Assembly: GCA_002269645.1 (NCBI GenBank)
Contig: NIVC01003677.1
Location: 50,374-83,339, forward strand
Length of the DNA: 32,966 nucleotides
Source: Macrostomum lignano
Taxonomy: Eukaryota
Reading direction: 5' to 3'
Made by a program: the position numbers and the translations under genes. Below, piece after piece: positions 10,833 through 21,510 of this stretch; the first letter of the stretch is position 1; each line of letters opens with the position of its first letter. The notes under the pieces were generated by a model. That model did not search any database, was not told the DNA's origin, and saw only the letters and a list, made by a program, of their open reading frames with translations.

Positions 10833-11511
10833 TGTTTGGGCTGGTTGCCTTCATAATAACTGATTCCGACAAATGGATACGAAATGGTAAAAAAATGTAG
10901 AAAAATATGGGCACGTGACTTGACTGACTAGCAAGCTGTCAAAAAAATTTCATCATGAGTTAGCAACGATGTATTGACACTGCAAGCAGTAGGATTTGCT
11001 TCAAGCTAGCAGAGATAAATGGAGCCATAAGTCGAGAGTGTGTGAAAAGGAAGTTGACGAAGTAAATGGTGATGCATAAAATTGTCGTCAATTAGCACTC
11101 CCATCGTTGCTAGAAGCTGACGTTGATGAAGAACTGATCCATCAATCATTTTTGGATTTCCTTTCTTCCAGCAAAAAGCTAGAAAGCCTGTATTTCCAAT
11201 TTTTTTGACAGGAAAATCTCCATTTTATCGCTTTCGTGCTTCTCCATGCATTTCCTTGATGCATTGAGGAGTGCCAGGCGCTTGTATGCATGGATACTAA
11301 CACGAATGCTTTTTATTGGAGGTGTCTGTTTTCAGATAATGGGATGTAGAATTTTTTTCTAGAAGGTGCTTAAATAGTAACTTTGTGTTTGATAGGGAAG
11401 ATTTGACAGACTAGAGGAAAATACAAGCTATGGCCATTAATTTCATTCTTCAGATCCAGAGAAAATGTGTTAGAAAGTTCTTGCGGTTCTAAGGTAATGT
11501 GTACGGTTCCA

Positions 11512-11587
11512 GGACATTTCGTCAACAGGCATTTCGTCAACTGGTATTTTGTCAACCTGCATTACGGCAACCGGACATTTGGTTCAA
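11512..11587. repeat. Five degenerate 15-bp tandem units (CATTTCGTCAAC core)
   Basis: GGACATTTCGTCAAC / AGGCATTTCGTCAAC / TGGTATTTTGTCAAC / CTGCATTACGGCAAC / CGGACATTTGGTTCAA. Confidence 0.8.
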
Positions 11588-12429
11588 GCCAAAATTATTC
11601 ATGTTAGCCGTTAACGTTATCATATTCTTGTGATTCAATGTACTGGCCCGTACTGTAGCTCTCTCTCTCTCTCTCTAGATCTGCCAACCCTCCCTACCCC
11701 TTCCATGCTCGCAACTTATTGTTAACTATTTTTATAATGTACTTTACACTGTTTTGTGGTGCCACTGCACTGGACCTAGTTGATGAATTAATTTATTTAT
11801 TTACTCACCCAGTGTCTGCGATTTCGGACCCCTGATTATGGTTAGCCCTCTCTCCCGCGCCCTCTCATTGGCTGTCACTATCATCTGTTAACTCTTGTTT
11901 TCTACCCCAATTTGCGTTCTGCGTGGCTGCAGCCAATCCCCTCTGGCTCTGTCTGCCCCACCCTGCCGTTTCTCTTACCCTGCAGCTATAACCCCACCCC
12001 ATTTGGAGCTGTCTTTTATTTATTGGCGTGTCTCCCGCGTGAGTTGTTTCCCCCTTTCCGTTTCGCTTCTGCTCGCTACCCTCTCAACTCCTGCTATTCC
12101 AAGCCCAATATAGCGCCCAATATATTTTTATTAGAGGCAGGGGGGTTGTGTGCACCCTGGCGCACTTTAAGCGACATAGGCACACAACCGGCGAGAGGCA
12201 TTACTGCCCATTCCGCCGACTCCCCTGAGCAGGCACACAAGCACGCGGATACGTACGCAGGCACACACTCACACAGGAGTGTACAGCGGCCCTAAATTTA
12301 TATTATCGTTAGGCATGTACACTTCACTGCGCCTTGGGGGGTTGGCTCTCAAGGCCATTAATTGCACGAGACTACGTATCGCGCCAAATCTGCCGGGTTT
12401 TCAGAATTCTGACGCAAAAAACGCAAATT

Positions 12430-12800
12430 ATACTACTATCTGAAAATGAAGTAAGTAGTATACAAAAACGCTATCCTAAGCGTGATATGGCAATATGTAG
12501 TCGTAATAATCCATGTGCTCATATATGTACATTAATTCCATGTACATTAATCCCTAAATATCTCAAATTGGATATGTACATTATTCCCATGTACATTAAT
12601 CCATATCTCAAATGTCCATGTCTATCCCCACTGAAAATGAAGTAAGTAGTATACAAAAACGCTATCCTAAGCGTGATATGGCAATATTTAGTCGTAATAA
12701 TCCATGTGTTCATATTAATTCCATGTACATTAATCCCTAAGTATCTCAAATTGGATATGTATTAATTCCATGTACATTAATCCCTAACTCAAATTGTCCA
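12430..12800. repeat. Subterminal repeats: ~190-bp duplication plus many CATGTACATTAAT motifs (mirrored at ~19675-20045)
   Basis: ctgaaaatgaagtaagtagtatacaaaaacgctatcctaagcgtgatatggcaata at ~12440 and ~12632; repeated atgtacattaatcc. Confidence 0.85.
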
Positions 12801-13946
12801 TGTCTATCCCCAATTCTATATGTACATGTGCATTAATCTACAGTGTCATCCCCAGCGCGCGCGCACCAAAATTACAACTCGAAACCCTACTACATGTACA
12901 ATCTCATCCAAATGAGTCAACTAATTGTATAGCTCACATCGTAATGTATATTTCCAATGTACATTCTCAGAGACAGATTTGAATAATACTGGTCGGAGCC
13001 TATATGTACATCGATAGCCTATACTCATATCTGCTACATACCCAAAAAATTAGGTATAATGTACATTTTCACCCTCGGAGAATGTAGGTTTGAATATGCT
13101 GATAATTTATTCGAAATCACTTATAAAATACACATACTTTCATATAGAGGCGGGCCTGTACAAATTCTCGCCAAGCAATGGGGTGGAGGTTGCGTCATTC
13201 AAGTCTCTCCCAAGTCTGCCCCCAAATACAAGACTGTGTTGAAGCAGTGCTTTATATTTCTATTGACAGTGGGTATGATACAAGAAGCATCGTCGCGCTT
13301 TAATTACAGTAAACCATCCCTTCGAAGCTCCTATACTGAATGCTGAATCACCCTTTAACTCGGACCATAGTCAAATTCAACCCTGTTCGAAAACAGCCAC
13401 CCCTCCGATGTTCACCAGACTCGTCTTCACAGCGCAGACCCCATAGCAAAATCGAGCTAAATTTTAACACTCGCCCTGTTCTCTCTGTCCCCCTTCTAAA
13501 TGCCAAGGAATTTCGACCCTCTCTCCATTTTCAGTGTACAGACAGATCTTTCCACAGCACAGACCCTATATTAAACTTCATTCAGCAAAACCCCTCTCTT
13601 CTCCGATTACGTCATCCATGCCGCCCCAGATAGCAAGAAACCAACTTTTAATGCACACATCAACCCCGCGAATCTGAGCAAATCATGAGTCCGCCAACCT
13701 CTACCTGCATTGACAAACCCCAGCTGCATTTGTAAATGTACACAGCCTATGAATCAGTGTCTCCACCGCATGCAATTCTGATTTACTTGATCTAAACTTT
13801 GTAAATAGTATAAGTCACCCTTGCGTTTACTAGAAGTAGTGAAGTCCACAAATTTAAATACGTGAGGCTATTCAATTCTGCCTCTCCCCTGCCTTCTCAC
13901 TTCAAGCTTTCAGACTTGGTCTTTGAGACGGTTTAATCTGTTAGAA

Positions 13947-15184
13947 GCAGGAATGAATCATGCACTGACCTCTCCATACAAAGTAAAGTTGGAATTTCAA
14001 ACAAGAAATTTGGTTATTTTGAAAGCTAAATGACTAGAAATGCACATTTTTTCATAAGAAAATACAATTTTTCACAGTTTTTATGCATTTTTTACGTTAA
14101 AATGCAGACTTTATTGATCAAAATCAGTAGTTTCATCACTAGAAACCATACTTTCAACAGCTAATTTGTCCAAATGTCGCTTTCAACTTGACCTTAGACA
14201 GCTTTTAAGCAGGAATGAATTCCACACAAACATCCACAAGCCAGCCCAAAATCATCCAAAGACATGGCTATTGAAGCCTAAATTGCTAGAAATGCGCATT
14301 TTTTTCATAAGAAAATACAAATTTTCACAGTTTTTATGCATTTTTTACGTTAAAATGCAGACTTTATTGATCAAAATCAGTAGTTTCATCACTAGAAACC
14401 ATACTTTCAACAACTAATTTGTCCAAATGTCGCTTTCAACTTGACCTTAGACAGCTTTGAAGCAGGAATGAACCCCCACGAACATCCACAAGCCACCCCA
14501 GAATCAACCAAAGACATGGCTATTGAAGCCTAAATTGCTAGAAATGAGCATTTTTTCATAAGAAAATACAAATTTTCACAGTTTTTACGCATTTTTTACG
14601 TTAAAATGCAGACTTTATTGATCAAAATCAGTAGTTTCATCACTAAAAACCACAATTTTAACACAAAATTATCACAAATGCTACTTCTGGAACTCTGAGA
14701 CAGCTTTGAGCAGGAATTATAATCGCACACGGATTACCCGAGCCAGTCCAATTTCCACTAAAGCCATCGTTTTTTTTAAAGCTAATTCTTAGAATTTCTC
14801 ATTCTTTCGTTTAATAAAGGCCAATTTTCACAGTTTTATTATTTTCTAACGTTAAAATGCGAAATGCGAATTGATCAAACTTAGTAGTTTCATCCCAAAA
14901 GCCATAATTTCAACCGCTAATTTGTCCAAATGCTGATTTCAAAGTTGGCAAGAGACAGCTTTCGAGCAGGAATGAGTCACACACTGATCTCCATATGCAC
15001 ACCCCGGCCCAAGTTGGAATTCCACCCAAGACATTTTCATTGAAAGCTAAATTACTAGAAATTTGCGCATTTTTGTTTAAAGCATGTCAATTTTTCACAG
15101 TTTTTACTCTTTTTAACGTTAAAATGCTGACTTTATTGAACAAAATTAATCACTTCATCAGCAGAAACCATAATTTTTACAACT
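13947..15184. repeat. About five tandem ~250-bp AT-rich units within the arm (mirrored at 17288-18525)
   Basis: Units start GCAGGAAT at 13947, 14209, 14462, 14710 and 14966; shared cores ttttcacagttttt, acgttaaaatgc, tagtttcatc. Confidence 0.9.
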
Positions 15185-15332
15185 AACACTCCTATTTTAC
15201 ATTCATTAAGAGGCGGCGGGCGCAGGCGGAGGCGGCAGTAGAGACAGGGACTGTGCTGCGCACAGTCACGGTCCGGCCACCCTCCGCCCGCTGCTGCCGC
15301 CTCTTAATGAATGTAAAATAGGAGTGTTAGTT
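15181..15332. mobile_element. 152-bp MITE-like hairpin with perfect 37-bp inverted ends
   Basis: 15181-15217 is the exact reverse complement of 15296-15332; GC-rich interior with an inner stem gactgtg/cacagtc. No convincing TSD. Confidence 0.7.
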
Positions 15333-15939
15333 CATGTATTAATGCTCCTTGACCTGCAAAATTTATACGGTTGCTAGGCAGTGTCGTAACACAGGACAAA
15401 TTTACAAAATGTCTCTATGAAAACTCATCTTCCTACTGACAGTAGAGTTTGCAAATATAGCAGTTGACAGATTTTTATTGAGAAACTATCGTCATTTCCA
15501 CAGAGAAAGATAAACATGTGAAGCTTTCGTGAAGATTACATCTTCATACTATGGGTGTCAAATTTTCCTGTATTTGACTGAACGTACGTGCATTTAGTCA
15601 TAGTCGGGGGAGTACTTCAACCATTTCTCAGGTTTAAATCGGCTGCCGCTTGCATATGTACATCACATGTAAATGAACATGTGGTAAATCTGATGAGGAA
15701 CTATGCACACATGCGCGAGTTGCCCCGGAAAGAGCTGAGATTGATAGATAATGAAAAATCAGTAGGAAAGAGAGAATGAGGCTGCGTGACCACCCACCCC
15801 ATTATCCTGTCTTTCCGTTGCATGGCAGCACGTAATTAAATGTGTCAAGTGTACAATTGATTCAATCGATTACTCGTTTATACGCAAAGTATCGAGAGAG
15901 TTTTTAATTGCATCCAAACTTTCTGACTAATGCCTTCGT

Positions 15940-17080
15940 GTGTTCCAAAGAAGGAGACACTGATTCATAGGGTGTGTACATTGACAAATGCAATTACAGC
16001 ACACATGGTAGGGTTGGCTTTGGTAGACGCGCGGATTTGCTTGGTTCGCATTGTTCATATATGTGCATCGAAATTTTTTTCTTGCTAACTGCTTCTATGG
16101 GGATGTATAGATGATGACGTAATCAGAGATAGGGCTTTGGTTGGGGGAGGCTGGGTCCGTGCTGTGAAAATATCTGCTTGCTTCGTCAAAATGTACATTG
16201 GGATTGAGAGAGAGGCCGGTCGAATTTCGTTGACAACTAGAAATGGAAAGGTTTGGTCAGAGAATAGGGGTGTATGTGTGTTTTGGCTTTATTCAAAATG
16301 GGTCTGTGCTGCGAAGACGAGTCCATTGACCATTGGGTGTTTGCTGTTTTGCCAATTCAGTATACTGAACCTGTTAAACTGATTGCCTCATGAGTCACTT
16401 TTCTGGGGTATGTGTAGGAGAGAGAGGCCTGAGAGAGACAAGGGCTCGATTTGGGTGGGTCCTCTGGCTCCATTCGTATTGGCTAATTTGGCGAATTGGC
16501 AAATCTACTTGCATGGGTTAAATTATTGAATATGGTCAGAGTTGAAGAATTTGGGGGATGAATCAAGATGTAAAGTTGGCAAAAACAACACTGATTCACC
16601 ACATCTAAAAGATGACTGCTAGGAGCTTCGGAAATAAGACTACTGTACACAGCAGCATCAACAAAAGGTATTAAATTGTCAATCAAAATCGACCCGTAGA
16701 TGTGCGATTTTGCATGGTTCACAATGTTCATATGTGCATCGAAAAATTTTGTTTCTTGCTAACTGCTCCTATGGGGAGGTGGATGACGTAATCAAGATAG
16801 GGTTTTGGTTGGAGGAGGCTCAATATATGAGTCTGTGCTGTGAAAATATCTGTTTATAAACTGAAATTCGAGAGGGAGGGTCGGAATTCCTTGACAGTTA
16901 GAAATGGTAAGGTCAGAGAGACAGGGACGAGTGGTTCTGTTCTACATGGGTCTGTGCTGTGAAGACGAGTCTAATATGACCATTGGGTGTTGGGTGTTTT
17001 GCCAATTCAGTAATACACTAAACCTGTCCAGCTGATTGCCACATGAGTCACTTTTCTCGGTGGGTGCAGAAGGAGAGAGA
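15940..17080. repeat. Two diverged copies (~15940-16420 and ~16700-17080) of a module also found in the arms (18700-19100 and 13370-13770)
   Basis: Shared ggagacactgattcatagg, gatgacgtaatc, tctgtgctgtgaaaatatctg, gaagacgagtc, cattgggtgt and atgagtcacttttct. Confidence 0.75.
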
Positions 17081-17287
17081 GAGGTCTGGGAGGGACAGTT
17101 TAAATGTCAATCGAAATCAACGGGCCGCTTCGCCGACTGTATATGTTAAAATTATTATAGCTAGGTTTATAGCAAACTGTACGTTTTAACCCAATATTCA
17201 AGAATAATCCCTTCCCTGACTTCATGAGGGGTATTACACGTACCAAATACATACATTTGAATGATGAAACAGCATTTTTGACGATTA

Positions 17288-20103
17288 AGTTGTAAAAATT
17301 ATGGTTTCTGCTGATGAAGTGATTAATTTTGTTCAATAAAGTCAGCATTTTAACGTTAAAAAGAGTAAAAACTGTGAAAAATTGACATGCTTTAAACAAA
17401 AATGCGCAAATTTCTAGTAATTTAGCTTTCAATGAAAATGTCTTGGGTGGAATTCCAACTTGGGCCGGGGTGTGCATATGGAGATCAGTGTGTGACTCAT
17501 TCCTGCTCGAAAGCTGTCTCTTGCCAACTTTGAAATCAGCATTTGGACAAATTAGCGGTTGAAATTATGGCTTTTGGGATGAAACTACTAAGTTTGATCA
17601 ATTCGCATTTCGCATTTTAACGTTAGAAAATAATAAAACTGTGAAAATTGGCCTTTATTAAACGAAAGAATGAGAAATTCTAAGAATTAGCTTTAAAAAA
17701 AACGATGGCTTTAGTGGAAATTGGACTGGCTCGGGTAATCCGTGTGCGATTATAATTCCTGCTCAAAGCTGTCTCAGAGTTCCAGAAGTAGCATTTGTGA
17801 TAATTTTGTGTTAAAATTGTGGTTTTTAGTGATGAAACTACTGATTTTGATCAATAAAGTCTGCATTTTAACGTAAAAAATGCGTAAAAACTGTGAAAAT
17901 TTGTATTTTCTTATGAAAAAATGCTCATTTCTAGCAATTTAGGCTTCAATAGCCATGTCTTTGGTTGATTCTGGGGTGGCTTGTGGATGTTCGTGGGGGT
18001 TCATTCCTGCTTCAAAGCTGTCTAAGGTCAAGTTGAAAGCGACATTTGGACAAATTAGTTGTTGAAAGTATGGTTTCTAGTGATGAAACTACTGATTTTG
18101 ATCAATAAAGTCTGCATTTTAACGTAAAAAATGCATAAAAACTGTGAAAATTTGTATTTTCTTATGAAAAAAATGCGCATTTCTAGCAATTTAGGCTTCA
18201 ATAGCCATGTCTTTGGATGATTTTGGGCTGGCTTGTGGATGTTTGTGTGGAATTCATTCCTGCTTAAAAGCTGTCTAAGGTCAAGTTGAAAGCGACATTT
18301 GGACAAATTAGCTGTTGAAAGTATGGTTTCTAGTGATGAAACTACTGATTTTGATCAATAAAGTCTGCATTTTAACGTAAAAAATGCATAAAAACTGTGA
18401 AAAATTGTATTTTCTTATGAAAAAATGTGCATTTCTAGTCATTTAGCTTTCAAAATAACCAAATTTCTTGTTTGAAATTCCAACTTTACTTTGTATGGAG
18501 AGGTCAGTGCATGATTCATTCCTGCTTCTAACAGATTAAACCGTCTCAAAGACCAAGTCTGAAAGCTTGAAGTGAGAAGGCAGGGGAGAGGCAGAATTGA
18601 ATAGCCTCACGTATTTAAATTTGTGGACTTCACTACTTCTAGTAAACGCAAGGGTGACTTATACTATTTACAAAGTTTAGATCAAGTAAATCAGAATTGC
18701 ATGCGGTGGAGACACTGATTCATAGGCTGTGTACATTTACAAATGCAGCTGGGGTTTGTCAATGCAGGTAGAGGTTGGCGGACTCATGATTTGCTCAGAT
18801 TCGCGGGGTTGATGTGTGCATTAAAAGTTGGTTTCTTGCTATCTGGGGCGGCATGGATGACGTAATCGGAGAAGAGAGGGGTTTTGCTGAATGAAGTTTA
18901 ATATAGGGTCTGTGCTGTGGAAAGATCTGTCTGTACACTGAAAATGGAGAGAGGGTCGAAATTCCTTGGCATTTAGAAGGGGGACAGAGAGAACAGGGCG
19001 AGTGTTAAAATTTAGCTCGATTTTGCTATGGGGTCTGCGCTGTGAAGACGAGTCTGGTGAACATCGGAGGGGTGGCTGTTTTCGAACAGGGTTGAATTTG
19101 ACTATGGTCCGAGTTAAAGGGTGATTCAGCATTCAGTATAGGAGCTTCGAAGGGATGGTTTACTGTAATTAAAGCGCGACGATGCTTCTTGTATCATACC
19201 CACTGTCAATAGAAATATAAAGCACTGCTTCAACACAGTCTTGTATTTGGGGGGCAGACTTGGGAGAGACTTGAATGACGCAACCTCCACCCCATTGCTT
19301 GGCGAGAATTTGTACAGGCCCGCCTCTATATGAAAGTATGTGTATTTTATAAGTGATTTCGAATAAATTATCAGCATATTCAAACCTACATTCTCCGAGG
19401 GTGAAAATGTACATTATACCTAATTTTTTGGGTATGTAGCAGATATGAGTATAGGCTATCGATGTACATATAGGCTCCGACCAGTATTATTCAAATCTGT
19501 CTCTGAGAATGTACATTGGAAATATACATTACGATGTGAGCTATACAATTAGTTGACTCATTTGGATGAGATTGTACATGTAGTAGGGTTTCGAGTTGTA
19601 ATTTTGGTGCGCGCGCGCTGGGGATGACACTGTAGATTAATGCACATGTACATATAGAATTGGGGATAGACATGGACAATTTGAGTTAGGGATTAATGTA
19701 CATGGAATTAATACATATCCAATTTGAGATACTTAGGGATTAATGTACATGGAATTAATATGAACACATGGATTATTACGACTAAATATTGCCATATCAC
19801 GCTTAGGATAGCGTTTTTGTATACTACTTACTTCATTTTCAGTGGGGATAGACATGGACATTTGAGATATGGATTAATGTACATGGGAATAATGTACATA
19901 TCCAATTTGAGATATTTAGGGATTAATGTACATGGAATTAATGTACATATATGAGCACATGGATTATTACGACTACATATTGCCATATCACGCTTAGGAT
20001 AGCGTTTTTGTATACTACTTACTTCATTTTCAGATAGTAGTATAATTTGCGTTTTTTTGCGTCAGAATTCTGAAAACCCGGCAGATTTGGCGCGATACGT
20101 AGT
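17288..20103 (-). repeat. Right arm of the long inverted repeat (2816 bp)
   Basis: Reverse complement of 12371-15184; the 250-bp unit continues a little further (to ~17200) on this side. Confidence 0.95.
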
Positions 20104-21289
20104 CACGAGCAGAGCCAAGCCGAGATTCCAATTCAGCCCCAAATTAATGTGACTGCACTTGGAATCGAGCCTGGGTCGCTGGCACACCAGAGCAGCTGCG
20201 CTGGGCTACGGCCCCCTCTAGCGCCTAATATAAAACGTACTTACTACCGGAACGTCCAGAGCGCCCGATTGCCGAAACTGCGCAAATGTAAGTGTCACCT
20301 GTACTTATTTCTTTTGGGATTCAGTGCTTAGGATCTTGTCACCAGGGCCTAGGTGCGTTCGCTGCGACCCTTGTTGCCGGCCTACTGCCTGCGCGTTAGT
20401 CCGACAGCGGGTTGGCAAGCAGCAGGACTGAGTGCTGAGTCTTCCTGCTCGTATAGAGCGCGAGAAGACGAAGCCGGCTGGTCCTTCTCGGGACACAATA
20501 TTTAAGTTTAAGTTTTAAGTTTAATCATCGTTATCTACGTTACACAGATGTCCAGATCCTATAAAACTGCATACCAGTATCGATGCTTGCAAATTTCCGA
20601 GAACAAAAGCGACTAGTCAGTACCCAAAAAGTATGGTTAATTAAAACTCCAAGATTTTTATAATTGATCGGGAAACTCTATTTTCAACTAGACAACAAAT
20701 CTCTTCAAAAAATTTCTAATCTTATAAAAGATGATAAACTGTTTTAAATTTTTTTATATTATCTCTTTATAAACTGTTTTTAGGCTTGTGTTAAATTTGC
20801 GCTTACTTTGCAAGCTTTGGTAAGGCTGGAAGTGGGTGAAAATATTGTTGTGGAATTGTGCCCTTTTTCGCCCCCGTGCCCCGCTCCAACCCTTCCCTCC
20901 TATAGCGTACATTTGTTCTTTAAGTATTTAATATTCATGTACTCGCGGGTCTAATGGCAAATATATATTGAAGCTGCTGTCTAGTGGGCAGCCGCCGCCT
21001 TGCTTCTTTTTGGTCCTATCGTTGGCGACTTCAAAAAAACTTACTTGTCTACCATAGCAAGTGCACGGCGAACTGCATCGGCTTTTCGTGAGCTAGTGAG
21101 TTACTGTTCTTTTCCTGCTTCTCCTAGGGCGCGGGACGGGAGATCCTACTTAGAACCTAAGTTCGAACCTAGGATCGCAGCTTCCCAACTGGTTAGGCTG
21201 CAGGCGTCGCTCCGGAGGACAGGCTCACAACCACAAAAATTTAAACATAAATTTTTGTAATATAAATACTCGTAAAAGACAAGCTAACA

Positions 21290-21510
21290 CACGTGAAGGG
21301 AGTCCAGCCAGGTTCGGTCAGGCTCGCTGGCGGGTAGGCGAACGCCAGCAGGTGGCAGGCAAGGCAGCCGATTGGAGAAAACGGCGGCCTGGCAGTCGGC
21401 TCTGGCACTTCAACGGAGCAGGCAGTCGGACTGGGCAGCGGCCGGCCAGACAGAAGTCGAGTTGGAAGTCACCATTGGGCTGGACTTGGGTGATCTGTCT
21501 GAATCTTTGG
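21290..21510 (-). pseudogene. Inverted, diverged PAN/apple-like exon pseudogene
   Basis: Minus strand: acceptor tttctttcag at 21511-21520, then AAQSDCLLR*SARADCQAAVFSNRL, a +1 frameshift, then ACHLLAFAYPPASLTEPGWTPF. Clear homolog of WSC-PAN exon 2 with a Cys-to-stop change. Confidence 0.8.

Larger units (their letters stand above)
12371..15184 (+). repeat. Left arm of the long inverted repeat (2814 bp)
   Basis: Reverse complement of 17288-20103; the only differences I found were two 1-bp homopolymer indels (near 12416-12421 and 13219-13223). Confidence 0.95.
12371..20103. mobile_element. 7.7-kb non-autonomous foldback DNA element with ~2.8-kb terminal inverted repeats
   Basis: Termini ACTACGTATCGCGCC...GGCGCGATACGTAGT, flanked by the direct repeat CACGAG (12365-12370, 20104-20109). 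ORF pairs are mirrored (coordinate sums 32472-32473). No transposase or other recognisable ORF inside. Confidence 0.9.
12125..20218 (-). mobile_element. tRNA-derived SINE family A (~355 bp: 20218-20110 plus 12370-12125), split by the foldback element
   Basis: Head on the minus strand: GGGGCCGTAGCCCAG...CCCAGGCTCGATTCCAAGTGCAGTCA (A/B-box-like). The body continues at 12370-12131 and matches 26511-26860. A-rich tail at 12125-12131; 14-bp TSD tagcgcccaatata (12111-12124) / tagcgcctaatata (20219-20232). Confidence 0.85.

Noticed and set aside
13947-15184. CRISPR-like array
   Set aside because: Units are ~250-bp degenerate tandem repeats with no unique spacers, in a eukaryotic context without cas genes.
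12519-19954. Mirrored identical ORFs (e.g. 13340-13633 / 18839-19132) as duplicated genes
   Set aside because: They are by-products of the inverted repeat, with low-complexity translations and no recognisable domain.
12371-20103. Calling the element a Polinton/Maverick or endogenous virus outright
   Set aside because: No integrase, pPolB, ATPase or capsid ORF, and the termini are not 5'-AG; only the 6-bp TSD reading and long TIRs fit.
12371-20103. Inverted repeat as a fold-back read or assembly artifact
   Set aside because: A clean TSD, a unique 2.1-kb spacer and continuity of the host SINE across the insertion argue for a real insertion; read-level confirmation is still needed.
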